A DNA stretch of 58,391 bases, the filler included, from Nemertoderma westbladi (taxonomy: Eukaryota > Animalia > Xenacoelomorpha): assembly GCA_032718475.1 (NCBI GenBank). It is 2 parts of 2 records of this genome, joined end to end, with 100 filler letters (N's around TTAATTAATTAA, not from the genome) between each part and the next. Parts side by side here need not be neighbours in the genome. Positions count along the whole stretch, not along the records: positions 1 to 27,231 come from JAUCBJ010005504.1; positions 27,332 to 58,391 come from JAUCBJ010001641.1. One strand, given 5' to 3'. Below, piece after piece: positions 25,777 through 40,800 of the stretch; within the stretch, counting starts at the first letter, position 1, and the number at the start of each line of letters is the position of its first letter. Both the position numbers and the translations under genes were made by a program. Below the pieces are notes generated by a model that was given only the letters and a program-made list of their open reading frames with translations, searched no databases and had not been told where the DNA came from.

Positions 25777-26938
25777 TCTGTCACATCCAACACTACGGCA
25801 TACGCTTGTTAATAATTTCGAAGTATAGATGCAAAGCCTATGATGGGTTGTCATCTGATTCACTAAATTCTAAAAAAATAAAAAGATTGTAAACAATGTT
25901 TTAACATATTTTGGATTTTTATTTAATACTCATTAGCTGTGTTTTCTCATTGAAGACCACTCGTGGTTGAATTGTAATGGAAAATGATAATGTGAATTGT
26001 AATATGTCCAGAGTGTTCACTATAGGAAGTGTTCTATGGGTGTTTAACCATTGTGTTTAACACCATGGTTACTTTTGATATGCTGTACTTTCTACTTTAT
26101 TTGTAGTAAATAATGCTGGAGGGACCACCATCACCTTGAAATCAATACTTTGCTGTCATTCACAATGTGCACCACCCAACATCATGTTATACTGGCATCC
26201 GGTTACTTAGGTCGCCTCATACATTATTTCCGCCCACCGTCCCATTGCATGGCTTTATGTTTAAGTTACAATACTACAGTTTCAGAATGTCGGTGATGAA
26301 TTTATTTACATGAGTCAATTCTTGTGGTTTCGCTCAACAAAGTTGAACATTGACGCAACGGTCCCAGATAATATTGATTCCTATAAACTGAATCTACGTG
26401 GACGAACTGTGTTCTGTGTTGACACGTTTCTAGGCAATGGAGTGACGACAATAATAGTAGTGATAAAATTATATATTGTAATTAATGTATAACTGTTTAC
26501 AAATCAATAACTGTGATTGACAGATTATCTTGGTCCAGGTGACACAGGGATGGTGGGGCGTTTCTAGGAAATTTTGAAATCTGGTGAGATGAAAGCCTAC
26601 TATTAGGCCTACAGGCCTGTAGGAGTTGATTGCTACTGTAATTGTTTTATTCCTACTGTAGGCCCTATATAGTTAGGTCGCTTAGCAAGTTAATGTGGAC
26701 GTTCTGGATAAACTTCCCATAAATGGCACAGGTGTAGGCAATTACCATATACCTTTCATTTTTTAAGGGGAACCAACTTTGCAACATTATTTATCGGTCC
26801 CATATTACCATGACAACAGGAGGTCAATTACAAAAGTCCAGTTTCCATTAAACCTACAGTCTTCTAACCTTGTCCTACCCCCCACATATCAGCATCAGAG
26901 ATTCTATTCGCGTCATTTGTAAAACACGGTTACCATGG

Positions 26939-27231
26939 CTACTACTACTACTAGGTCGAGCAAACTCGGACAGTGGAAATGAGATCCTTCCAGGCTTCCC
27001 GATTCTCCATAGTTGTCGCAATTTCGTTTCTCCCAAGTTCAGTATCCCTTTCAAGTTGATCTATATATGTTATGGCAGGTCGTCCACGACTACGCTTTCC
27101 ATGAGTTGGTTGCCAGAGAAGTAGATCTGGTATGACCTCGTCTTTACTTCGCCAGCAGTGCCCACTGAATCTTAATCTGCGTTCACGGAGGGTGGTTGAT
27201 ACAGGTGGTATTGTACCATAAAGCTCGGCAG
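26939..27231 (-). mobile_element. RTE-like LINE family B 3' end, cut by the contig end
   Basis: Nearly identical reverse complement of ~53630-53913; (TAG)n tail at 26939-26953. Confidence 0.92.
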
Positions 27232-27331
27232 NNNNNNNNNNNNNNNNNNNNNNNNNNNNNNNNNNNNNNNNNNNNTTAATTAATTAANNNNNNNNNNNNN
27301 NNNNNNNNNNNNNNNNNNNNNNNNNNNNNNN
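27232..27331. other. Synthetic contig linker (N44-TTAATTAATTAA-N44)
   Basis: Exactly 100 nt, symmetric N runs around a six-frame stop palindrome. Confidence 0.95.
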
Positions 27332-27829
27332 TACGAACTTCCTCACTCGCTCACCTTCTTGGTGGTGCCTTACCAAGGCTCAAGTAAATGAGTGACGTTT
27401 AGTAAGATGGTCTGTACTAGTTCTGTAATGGCCTATCTCTTACAAATTCTAATTTTGTACTATATTTTTACCTATACGTCCCCCAAAGTGCCAATTTTTC
27501 CTAAATTTCCTAAATCTGTCCGTTACTTTTATTATAATTCTAGAATCCTTTACGTACTGTTACCATAATTTGTCAGATTTTACTTCTAATACTATTTTTA
27601 TTCTCTATAGTGTGCTATTATCGCTTATGGTGGGTTATTTCTTTTTTTTTTATTCCTTCCTCAGGACATTGACAGTATATTATATTATATTCATCTTTAA
27701 AAATAACGCACAAAGCACAAAAATTACTGGACAAACATAATTCAACCACCACCAGCTGTCATTACCCATCACCTAGCAACCATATAAACACAACGGTAGA
27801 ATATTACCTACAGGACTGCAATACCAGTA

Positions 27830-27881
27830 AGTACTCTGCGTTGATACCACTGCTTAAGCAGTGGTATCAACGCAGAGTACT
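27830..27881. other. Library adapter dimer (SMART / PacBio ultra-low-input amplification adapter), artefact
   Basis: Perfect 52-bp palindrome AGTACTCTGCGTTGATACCACTGCTT|AAGCAGTGGTATCAACGCAGAGTACT, which matches the known adapter sequence. Confidence 0.97.
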
Positions 27882-28562
27882 AATAAATTTCACTTTATTT
27901 TCATGAAATTCACCTACGCAAAATCTTAGAGGCAAAAAGTATACGGCTGGTCCAGTTTAGATTTTTTTTTTTTTTAAATCACAAAATTAATTTCTTTAAA
28001 CAATACGATATGCAATGAATACACGAACTCCAAAATATATAGAGTATATAAAGTGATATTAATGTAGCACAGGGTATCTCACAGGGTATTAGAATCTCAT
28101 TGTTTGATATATACTGTAAGTTTAGGCTATCCTTCCTAAACAATGGAATGTTTCTACTTTAACAATCTATTTTTTAGCCTGGCTTTGGACAACCATTGTA
28201 TGGAGACGCGTAGTAAATTAACTAAAGGCCTCGGAGAATCAGCGGTCGGAGAATCAGCGGTGCCATCCAAGGAATTAGAGGCTGCGTAGAATTCTACTCA
28301 ATGAATGGGGAATAACTGACAGAGAATAACGGACAATCGGATAATTTATAATAAACTTACGAACAAAAGGCATCGATTGAAAACATCGAGTTTTATATAT
28401 TATTCTTGTTAAACTGTAAATTTACCAAAAACATATTGAACGTAAATCGTGTTAAACTTAACATAATATGTATCTGCCTATTCCTTAGAACGAGTGTTGT
28501 TTGATGTTATTTACACACGTCATATTCGGGATTCTTACATTATTAATTATTGAAAAAAACCA

Positions 28563-29139
28563 ATAATGGTTCTATGTCACTACCCACTACTAATCAGTTC
28601 TAAGTTAATGGTTCTATGTCACTACCCACTACTAATCAGTTCTAAGTTACATTTAGTGAACCAATAATGGTTCTATGTCACTACCCACTACTAATCAGTT
28701 CTAAGTTAATGGTTCTATGCCACTACCCACTACTAATCAGTTCTAAGTTAATGGTTCTATGTCACTACCCACTACTAATCAGTTCTAAGTTAATGGTTCT
28801 ATGTCACTACCCACTACTAATCAGTTCTAAGTTAATGGTTCTATGTCACTACCCACTACTAATCAGCTCTAAGTTAATGGTTCTATGTCACTACCCACTA
28901 CTAATCAGCTCTAAGTTAATGGTTCTATGTCACTACCCACTACTAATCAGTTCTAAGTTAATGGTTCTATGTCACTACCCACTACTAATCAGTTCTAAGT
29001 TAATGGTTCTATGTCACTACCCACTACTAATCAGTTCTAAGTTAATGGTTCTATGTCACTACCCACTACTAATCAGTTCTAAGTTAATGGTTCTATGTCA
29101 CTACCCACTACTAATCAGTTCTAAGTTACATTTAGTGAA
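28563..29139. repeat. 42-bp tandem repeat, ~13 copies
   Basis: Unit taatggttctatgtcactacccactactaatcagttctaagt. Confidence 0.95.
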
Positions 29140-29146
29140 TGAAAAT

Positions 29147-32100
29147 ATTACCGTGTAATGTTGTAATTGTTATATAACACATTACTGTAATGTTGTAATT
29201 GTTATATAACACATTACTGTAATGTTTTAATTGTTATATAACACATTACTGTAATGTTGTAATTGTTATATAACACATTACTGTAATGTTATAATTGTTA
29301 TATCACACATTACTGTAATGTTGTAATTGTTGTATAACACATTACTGTAATGTAGTAATTGTTATATAACACATTACTGTAATGTTGTAATTGTTATATA
29401 ACACATTACTGTAATGTTGTAATTGTTATATAACATATTACTGTAATGTTGTAATTGTTATATAACACATTACTGTAATGTTGTAATTGTTATATAACAC
29501 ATTACTGTAATGTTGTAATTGTTATATAACACATTACTGTAATGTAGTAATTGTTATATAACACATTACTCTAATGTTGTAATTGTTATATAACACATTA
29601 CTGTAATGTTGTATATTGTTATATAACACATTACTGTAATGTTGTAATTGTTATATAACACATTACTGTAATGTTGTAACTGTTATATTACACATTACTG
29701 TAATGTTGTAATTGTTATATAACACAAAACTGTAATGTTGTAATTGTTATATAACACATTACTGTAATGTTGTAATTGTTATATAACACATTACTGTAAT
29801 GTTGTAACTGTTATATTACACATTACTGTAATGTTGTAATTGTTATATAACACATTACTGTAATGTTGTAACTGTTATATTACACATTACTGTAATGTTG
29901 TAATTGTTATATTATACATTACTGTAATGTTGTAATTGTTATATAACACAAAACTGTAATGTTGTAATTGTTATATAACACATTACTGTAATGTTGTAAT
30001 TGTTATATAACATATTACTGTAATGTTGTAATTGTTATATAACACATTACTGTAATGTTGTAATTGTTATATAACACATTACTGTAATGTTGTATATTGT
30101 TATATTGTTATATAACACATTACTCTAATGTTGTAATTGTTATATAACACATTACTATAATGTTGTAATTGTTATATTACACATTACTGTAATGTTGTAA
30201 TTGTTATATTATACATTACTGTAATGTTGTAATTGTTATATAACACATTACTGTAATATAGTAATTGTTATATAACACATTACTGTAATGTTGTAATTGT
30301 TATATAACACATTATTGTAATGTGTAATTGTTATATTATACATTACTGTAATGTTGTAATTGTTATATAACACATTACTGTAATATAGTAATTGTTATAT
30401 AACACATTACTGTAATGTTGTAATTGTTATATTATACATTACTGTAATGTTGTAATTGTTATATAACACATTACTGTAATATAGTAATTGTTATATAACA
30501 CATTACTGTAATGTTGTAATTGTTATATAACACATTACTGTAATATAGTAATTGTTATATAACACATTACTGTAATGTTTTAATTGTTATATAACACATT
30601 ACTGTAATGTTGTAATTGTTATATAACACATTACTGTAATGTTGTAATTGTTATATAACATATTACTGTAATGTTGTAATTGTTATATAACACATTACTG
30701 TAATGTTGTAATTGTTATATAACATATTACTGTAATGTTGTAATTGTTATATAACACATTACTGTAATGTTGTAATTGTTATATAACACATTACTGTAAT
30801 GTTGTATATTGTTATATTGTTATATAACACATTACTCTAATGTTGTAATTGTTATATAACACTACAGTAATTACAGTAATGTGTTATATAACAATTACAA
30901 CATTACAGTCATGTATTATATAACAATTACTACATTACAGTAATGTGTTATATAACAATTACAACATTACAGTAATGTAGTAATTGTTATATAATACATG
31001 ACTGTAATGTTGTAATTGTTATATAACACATTACTGTAATGTTGTAATTGTTATATTACACATTACTGTAATGTTGTAATTGTTATATTATACATTACTG
31101 TAATGTCGTAATTGTTATATAACACATTACTGTAATGTTGTAATTGTTATATAACACATTACTGTAATGTTGTAATTGTTATATAACACATTACTGTAAT
31201 GTTGTAATTGTTATATAACACATTACTGTAATGTAGTAATTGTTATATAACACATTACTCTAATGTTGTAATTGTTATATAACACATTACTGTAATGTTG
31301 TATATTGTTATATAACACATTACTGTAATGTTGTAATTGTTATATAACACATTACTGTAATGTTGTAACTGTTATATTACACATTACTGTAATGTTGTAA
31401 TTGTTATATAACACAAAACTGTAATGTTGTAATTGTTATATAACACATTACTGTAATGTTGTAATTGTTATATAACACATTACTGTAATGTTGTAACTGT
31501 TATATTACACATTACTGTAATGTTGTAATTGTTATATAACACATTACTGTAATGTTGTAACTGTTATATTACACATTACTGTAATGTTGTAATTGTTATA
31601 TTATACATTACTGTAATGTTGTAATTGTTATATAACACAAAACTGTAATGTTGTAATTGTTATATAACACATTACTGTAATGTTGTAATTGTTATATAAC
31701 ATATTACTGTAATGTTGTAATTGTTATATAACATATTACTGTAATGTTGTAATTGTTATATAACACATTACTGTAATGTTGTATATTGTTATATTGTTAT
31801 ATAACACATTACTCTAATGTTGTAATTGTTATATAACACATTACTATAATGTTGTAATTGTTATATTACACATTACTGTAATGTTGTAATTGTTATATTA
31901 TACATTACTGTAATGTTGTAATTGTTATATAACACATTACTGTAATATAGTAATTGTTATATAACACATTACTGTAATGTTGTAATTGTTATATAACACA
32001 TTATTGTAATGTGTAATTGTTATATTATACATTACTGTAATGTTGTAATTGTTATATAACACATTACTGTAATATAGTAATTGTTATATAACACATTACT

Positions 32101-34639
32101 GTAATGTTGTAATTGTTATATTATACATTACTGTAATGTTGTAATTGTTATATAACACATTACTGTAATATAGTAATTGTTATATAACACATTACTGTAA
32201 TGTTGTAATTGTTATATAACACATTACTGTAATATAGTAATTGTTATATAACACATTACTGTAATGTTTTAATTGTTATATAACACATTACTGTAATGTT
32301 GTAATTGTTATATAACACATTACTGTAATGTTGTAATTGTTATATAACATATTACTGTAATGTTGTAATTGTTATATAACACATTACTGTAATGTTGTAA
32401 TTGTTATATAACATATTACTGTAATGTTGTAATTGTTATATAACACATTACTGTAATGTTGTAATTGTTATATAACACATTACTGTAATGTTGTATATTG
32501 TTATATTGTTATATAACACATTACTCTAATGTTGTAATTGTTATATAACACTACAGTAATTACAGTAATGTGTTATATAACAATTACAACATTACAGTCA
32601 TGTATTATATAACAATTACTACATTACAGTAATGTGTTATATAACAATTACAACATTACAGTAATGTAGTAATTGTTATATAATACATGACTGTAATGTT
32701 GTAATTGTTATATAACACATTACTGTAATGTTGTAATTGTTATATTACACATTACTGTAATGTTGTAATTGTTATATTATACATTACTGTAATGTCGTAA
32801 TTGTTATATAACACATTACTGTAATGTTGTAATTGTTATATAACACATTACTGTAATGTTGTAATTGTTATATAACATATTACTGTAATGTTGTAATTGT
32901 TATATAACACATTACTGTAATGTTGTAATTGTTATATAACACATTACTGTAATGTTGTATATTGTTATATTGTTATATAACACATCACTCTAATGTTGTA
33001 ATTGTTATATAACACATTACTGTAATGTTGTAATTGTTATATAACACATTACTGTAATGTTATAATTGTTATATAACACATTACTGTAATATAGTAATTG
33101 TTATATAACACATTACTGTAATGTTGTAATTGTTATATTGTTATATAACACATTACTCTAATGTTGTAATTGTTATATAACACATTACTGTAATGTTGTA
33201 ATTGTTATATAACATATTACTGTAATGTTGTAATTGTTATATAACACATTACTGTAATGTTGTAATTGTTATATAACACATTACTGTAATGTTGTATATT
33301 GTTATATTGTTATATAACACATTACTCTAATGTTGTAATTGTTATATAACACATTACTGTAATGTTGTAATTGTTATATAACACATTACTGTAATGTTAT
33401 AATTGTTATATAACACATTACTGTAATATAGTAATTGTTATATAACACATTACTGTAATGTTGTAATTGTTATATTGTTATATAACACATTACTCTAATG
33501 TTGTAATTGTTATATAACACATTACTGTAATGTTGTAATTGTTATATAACATATTACTGTAATGTTGTAATTGTTATATAACACATTACTGTAATGTTGT
33601 AATTGTTATATAACACATTACTGTAATGTTGTATATTGTTATATTGTTATATAACACATTACTCTAATGTTGTAATTGTTATATAACACATTACTGTAAT
33701 GTTGTAATTGTTATATAACATATTACTGTAATGTTGTAATTGTTATATAACACATTACTGTAATGTTGTAATTGTTATATAACACATTACTGTAATGTTG
33801 TATATTGTTATATTGTTATATAACACATTACTCTAATGTTGTAATTGTTATATAACACATTACTGTAATGTTGTAATTGTTATATAACATATTACTGTAA
33901 TGTTGTAATTGTTATATAACACATTACTGTAATGTTATAATTGTTATATAACACATTACTGTAATATAGTAATTGTTATATAACACATTACTGTAATGTT
34001 GTAATTGTTATATAACACATTACTGTAATGTTGTAATTGTTATATAACACATTACTCTAATGTTGTAATTGTTATATAACACATTACTGTAATGTTATAA
34101 TTGTTATATAACACATTACTGTAATATAGTAATTGTTATATAACACATTACTGTAATGTTGTAATTGTTATATAACACATTACTGTAATGTTGTAATTGT
34201 TATATAACACATTACTCTAATGTTGTAATTGTTATATAACACATGACTGTAATGTTATAATTGTTATATAACACATTACTGTAATATAGTAATTGTTATA
34301 TAACACATTACTGTAATGTTGTAATTGTTATATAACACATTACTGTAATGTTGTAATTGTTATATAACACATTACTGTAATGTTATAATTGTTATATCAC
34401 ACATTACTGTAATGTTGTGATTGTTATATAACACATTACTGTAATGTAGTAATTGTTATATAATACATGACTGTAATGTTGTAATTGTTATATAACACAT
34501 TACTGTAATGTTGTAATTGTTATATTACACATTACTGTAATGTTGTAATTGTTATATAACACATTACTGTAATGTTATAATTGTTATATCACACATTACT
34601 GTAATGTTGTAATTTTTATATAACACATTACTGTAATGT
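29147..34639. repeat. 32-bp AT-rich satellite, left block, with a 1689-bp higher-order duplication and two local inversions
   Basis: Unit acacattactgtaatgttgtaattgttatata; inverted segments begin at ~30862 and ~32551. Confidence 0.95.
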
Positions 34640-36145
34640 GGGGCGAGCGACGAAAGTAAGCGAGCTTACCATACAGGTACCACTAACTCAATCGGTGTCT
34701 GTTGTTCTGTTGTTCTGTTGATCTGTTGTGTCCAATTTTAAACGTTAATAACTCAGCCAAATGTTAATGAAATTTAACCAAACTTGGTACACATGTAGTC
34801 TGGCAAAAGTTTAGAAATTTTCCAAGTTGAATTTGCGTGGGGTCTTCGTGCAGCATCTGTGTAACTGTCTTACAGTTATAATAAATTAATCTACCCAAAA
34901 ATTATTAGGCTTAGCATCAGCTGGTTGCTAGGAGACTACAGGATTACAGTACGGTACCGGTACTGTTAACTGTTACAGTGGTACAGAGTTACCGGTACCG
35001 TCTTCAGGTCGTTGGCAAAGCCATCTAAACAACTTCTTCATCGAAACAGCTTCCGACAGTCCGATGTATCTGGACCCGAGCAGCCGAGTGGCATCAAGAT
35101 GCGATTAAACTGAGGAATAAATACTACGGAATTGCTTGCTTGTCAGTAAGATTCTATTTACTACACTGGGAATACGGCGGTCGGTCGGATCGTAATGCAG
35201 GCCAGTGCCAAGTTCCTCATGCCTCACTCAGGCCACCCACCTTGGAGTGCGGTGGGAAGAGTCCGACTTACGTCGACGACTGGACGAATCGACGAGGATT
35301 GCGATTTGGGTTTAGCGGCGACCCGGACAGCCGGATCCTGGGATCGCCTGGGGGAAATTGTTGAAAGTCGGGCAGACGTGTATCGCACCGTATTACGTTC
35401 TCTGCCACGCGAAAGTGTGAGTCGAATTCGTTGTCGAATTGGATCGGAAGCTGCGGGAATTCTACTGTTATACGGGAATAAACCGCAGCGGTCCGGTGAC
35501 TACGGACGGATACTGGGATGAGCAGGTATTTCGATCGAGTTTCTCGTATAGAGAATCTCGGATAGAGACTTGATTGACGTGTTGGGCGGAGATACCGATA
35601 GCTCTGACGATCTGTTTATAATTATGTTTTTTTGTTATTGTTATTTATTTATACTCGGAATTTGAGGAAGTCGACATTGATGAAGTAATGAAGCGCTTTA
35701 TATTGGACATAAAATACCAGGTAGTATTCAAAGAGACCACGATGATACTTATTTTATGGATAATAATCATGGTAATTATTGGAGGACTACATTCGGGGAG
35801 GTTTAGTTATTCCTCCCGATTAGCCGATAGTCTTGTATTTTGTGTTACATTTTTATATTTCTTATACAACAGGATGTAACGCCCTTGTCATCTTGTGTAA
35901 AACAAACTGTATTTACAGCCGATATTTTTCTAATATTAACAACTGGCTGACTGGGCTCAGCTAGTGCCATCTGAATATTTAAGCAAATTTCCTCTCTTCT
36001 TTGATTTATTCTTATTGGCAGTTTGGTTAAATTTCTTATTTATTGATTTGAACTTCTTAAGTACCGATTTTTGGATTGAATTGCTCAATTTTAATCTGTA
36101 TCTGATAACTGAGCCTCGTCCTGCGCGAAGGCCCCACGAACGTGT
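34640..36145 (+). mobile_element. Helentron/DINE-like element (1.5 kb) inserted into the 32-bp satellite
   Basis: The satellite breaks at ...gtaatgt|GGGGCGAGC and resumes after GCCCCACGAACGTGT|tgtaattg, an in-register insertion between two Ts with no TSD. (CTGTT)n-like tract near the 5' end. Confidence 0.7.
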
Positions 36146-36933
36146 TGTAATTGTTATATAAAACATTACTGTAATGTTGTAATTGTTATATAACACATTA
36201 CTGTAATGTTGTATATTGTTATATAACACATTACTGTAATGTTGTAATTGTTATATAACACATTACTGTAATGTTGTAATTGTTATATAACACATTACTG
36301 TAATGTTGTAATTGTTATATAACACATTACTGTAATGTTGTATATTGTTATATAACACATTACTGTAATGTTGTATATTGTTATATAACACATTACTGTA
36401 ATGTTGTAATTGTTATATAACACATTACTGTAATGTTGTAATTGTTATATAACACATTACTGTAATGTTGTAATTGTTATATAACACATTACTGTAATGT
36501 TGTAATTGTTATATAACACATTACTGTAATGTTGTAATTGTTATATAACACATTACTGTAATGTTGTATATTGTTATATAACACATTACTGTAATGTTGT
36601 AATTGTTATATAACACATTACTGTAATGTTGTAATTGTTATATAACACATTACTGTAATGTTGTATATTGTTATATAACACATTACTGTAATGTTGTAAT
36701 TGTTATATAACACATTACTGTAATGTTGTATATTGTTATATAACACATTACTGTAATGTTGTAATTGTTATATAACACATTACTGTAATGTTGTAATTGT
36801 TATATAACACATTACTGTAATGTTGTAATTGTTATATAACACATTACTGTAATGTTGTAATTGTTATATAACACATTACTGCAATGTTGTATATTGTTAT
36901 ATAACACATTACTGTAATGTTGTAATTGTTATA
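36146..36933. repeat. 32-bp satellite, right block
   Basis: Same unit as 29147-34639, with 33-bp variants. Confidence 0.95.
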
Positions 36934-37891
36934 TGCAAACCAGTTATATAATCATTTAGCATTACGAGCTACCATCAATTAGCAGACTGTACCGGTAGCG
37001 ACACATGGAGCTTCAAACATTAAAATGACAATGACATTGGTTGATCTGTAGATTCATACAGTATTTAAAAATTTGAGAAATTCCATCAAAAATATATCCG
37101 ACTTTGTTTCACAAAAAGGTTTCAATGTAGCCGCTTCTAGAGTTTCAATAACGAAATTTTGAACCAAGTGATTTGTTAAATGTGAAATAAAAACTTGAGG
37201 TTCAAAACTCTGTAAAAAGCGATACGTTACACACTAATGGGTGAATAGTTACTTTGGAAATTGTAGGAAAGATAACTTTGGTAAAGGGAATCAATCAATA
37301 TGGCTTGAGTAACAATTACGTTCCAATATAATTATTATAATATAATGAAACAATTATTAATAAAATAGTGTAAACAAACAAACAAACACACAAACAAGGC
37401 ACCATAACACAATAAATTAGATTATAAAATAGAAACAAATAAATCAACCAGCTATACATACACACCACAATTTATACCAACTCAACAACAACTGAAGAAC
37501 CCAGTTACCAACCAACAGTAAGTACATTTAAATTATAAAAACAACCCGAAGAGATACTAAACAAATAAATAAATATATATAAATAGATCCACATACCAAA
37601 ACAGTAAACAAACAATATCATTAAAATGATAAAAATGTTCAAAAATACTAAAATATAGTAAACAAACACCAATAATTAAATAATAGAAAACTAAATAAAA
37701 AATAAAAAATAATAAACTCCTGAGAGTTGAGCCCAAAATCTATGGTTTACTTACCCTAATTGTTTGATTTATAAAGGAGATACATACAGATATAATTAGC
37801 ACCAACTATTATTATTAATTTATCTTCTTAGTGTTTCTTTGAAAAAACCTGGAAAATTATCAATCACTAACTACACCTATAATAAAAATAA

Positions 37892-40800
37892 ATTTATTGC
37901 TATAAACACAATAACACACCAATACGTATACACTCACCTCACACTGCTATATTTATTGCTATAAACACAATAACACACCAATACGTATACACTCACCTCA
38001 CACTGCTATATTTATTGCTATAAACACAATAACACACCAATACGTATACACTCACCTCACACTGCTATATTTATTGCTATAAACACAATAACACACCAAT
38101 ACGTATACACTCACCTCACACTGCTATATTTATTGCTATAAACACAATAACACACCAATACGTATACACTCACCTCACACTGCTATATTTATTGCTATAA
38201 ACACAATAACACACCAATACGTATACACTCACCTCACACTGCTATATTTATTGCTATAAACACAATAACACACCAATACGTATACACTCACCTCACACTG
38301 CTATATTTATTGCTATAAACACAATAACACACCAATACGTATACACTCACCTCACACTGCTATATTTATTGCTATAAACACAATAACACACCAATACGTA
38401 TACACTCACCTCACACTGCTATATTTATTGCTATAAACACAATAACACACCAATACGTATACACTCACCTCACACTGCTATATTTATTGCTATAAACACA
38501 ATAACACACCAATACGTATACACTCACCTCACACTGCTATATTTATTGCTATAAACACAATAACACACCAATACGTATACACTCACCTCACACTGCTATA
38601 TTTATTGCTATAAACACAATAACACACCAATACGTATACACTCACCTCACACTGCTATATTTATTGCTATAAACACAATAACACACCAATACGTATACAC
38701 TCACCTCACACTGCTATATTTATTGCAATAAACACAATAACACACCAATACGTATACACTCACCTCACACTGCTATATTTATTGCAATAAACACAATAAC
38801 ACACCAATACGTATACACTCACCTCACACTGCTATATTTATTGCTATAAACACAATAACACACCAATACGTATACACTCACCTCACACTGCTATATTTAT
38901 TGCTATAAACACAATAACACACCAATACGTATACACTCACCTCACACTGCTATATTTATTGCAATAAACACAATAACACACCAATACGTATACACTCACC
39001 TCACACTGCTATATTTATTGCAATAAACACAATAACACACCAATACGTATACACTCACCTCACACTGCTATATTTATTGCTATAAACACAATAACACACC
39101 AATACGTATACACTCACCTCACACTGCTATATTTATTGCTATAAACACAATAACACACCAATACGTATACACTCACCTCACACTGCTATATTTATTGCTA
39201 TAAACACAATAACACACCAATACGTATACACTCACCTCACACTGCTATATTTATTGCTATAAACACAATAACACACCAATACGTATACACTCACCTCACA
39301 CTGCTATATTTATTGCTATAAACACAATAACACACCAATACGTATACACTCACCTCACACTGCTATATTTATTGCTATAAACACAATAACACACCAATAC
39401 GTATACACTCACCTCACACTGCTATATTTATTGCTATAAACACAATAACACACCAATACGTATACACTCACCTCACACTGCTATATTTATTGCTATAAAC
39501 ACAATAACACACCAATACGTATACACTCACCTCACACTGCTATATTTATTGCTATAAACACAATAACACACCAATACGTATACACTCACCTCACCCTGCT
39601 ATATTTATTGCTATAAACACAATAACACACCAATACGTATACACTCACCTCACACTGCTATATTTATTGCTATAAACACAATAACACACCAATACGTATA
39701 CACTCACCTCACACTGCTATATTTATTGCTATAAACACAATAACACACCAATACGTATACACTCACCTCACCCTGCTATATTTATTGCTATAAACACAAT
39801 AACACACCAATACGTATACACTCACCTCACCCTGCTATATTTATTGCTATAAACACAATAACACACCAATACGTATACACTCACCTCACACTGCTATATT
39901 TATTGCTATAAACACAATAACACACCAATACGTATACACTCACCTCACACTGCTATATTTATTGCTATAAACACAATAACACACCAATACGTATACACTC
40001 ACCTCACACTGCTATATTTATTGCTATAAACACAATAACACACCAATACGTATACACTCACCTCACACTGCTATATTTATTGCTATAAACACAATAACAC
40101 ACCAATACGTATACACTCACCTCACACTGCTATATTTATTGCTATAAACACAATAACACACCAATACGTATACACTCACCTCACCCTGCTATATTTATTG
40201 CTATAAACACAATAACACACCAATACGTATACACTCACCTCACACTGCTATATTTATTGCTATAAACACAATAACACACCAATACGTATACACTCACCTC
40301 ACACTGCTATATTTATTGCTATAAACACAATAACACACCAATACGTATACACTCACCTCACACTGCTATATTTATTGCTATAAACACAATAACACACCAA
40401 TACGTATACACTCACCTCACACTGCTATATTTATTGCTATAAACACAATAACACACCAATACGTATACACTCACCTCACACTGCTATATTTATTGCTATA
40501 AACACAATAACACACCAATACGTATACACTCACCTCACACTGCTATATTTATTGCTATAAACACAATAACACACCAATACGTATACACTCACCTCACACT
40601 GCTATATTTATTGCTATAAACACAATAACACACCAATACGTATACACTCACCTCACCCTGCTATATTTATTGCTATAAACACAATAACACACCAATACGT
40701 ATACACTCACCTCACACTGCTATATTTATTGCTATAAACACAATAACACACCAATACGTATACACTCACCTCACACTGCTATATTTATTGCTATAAACAC

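Noticed and set aside
27830-27881. Perfect 52-bp palindrome as a biological hairpin
   Set aside because: It is the SMART/PacBio amplification adapter joined to itself.
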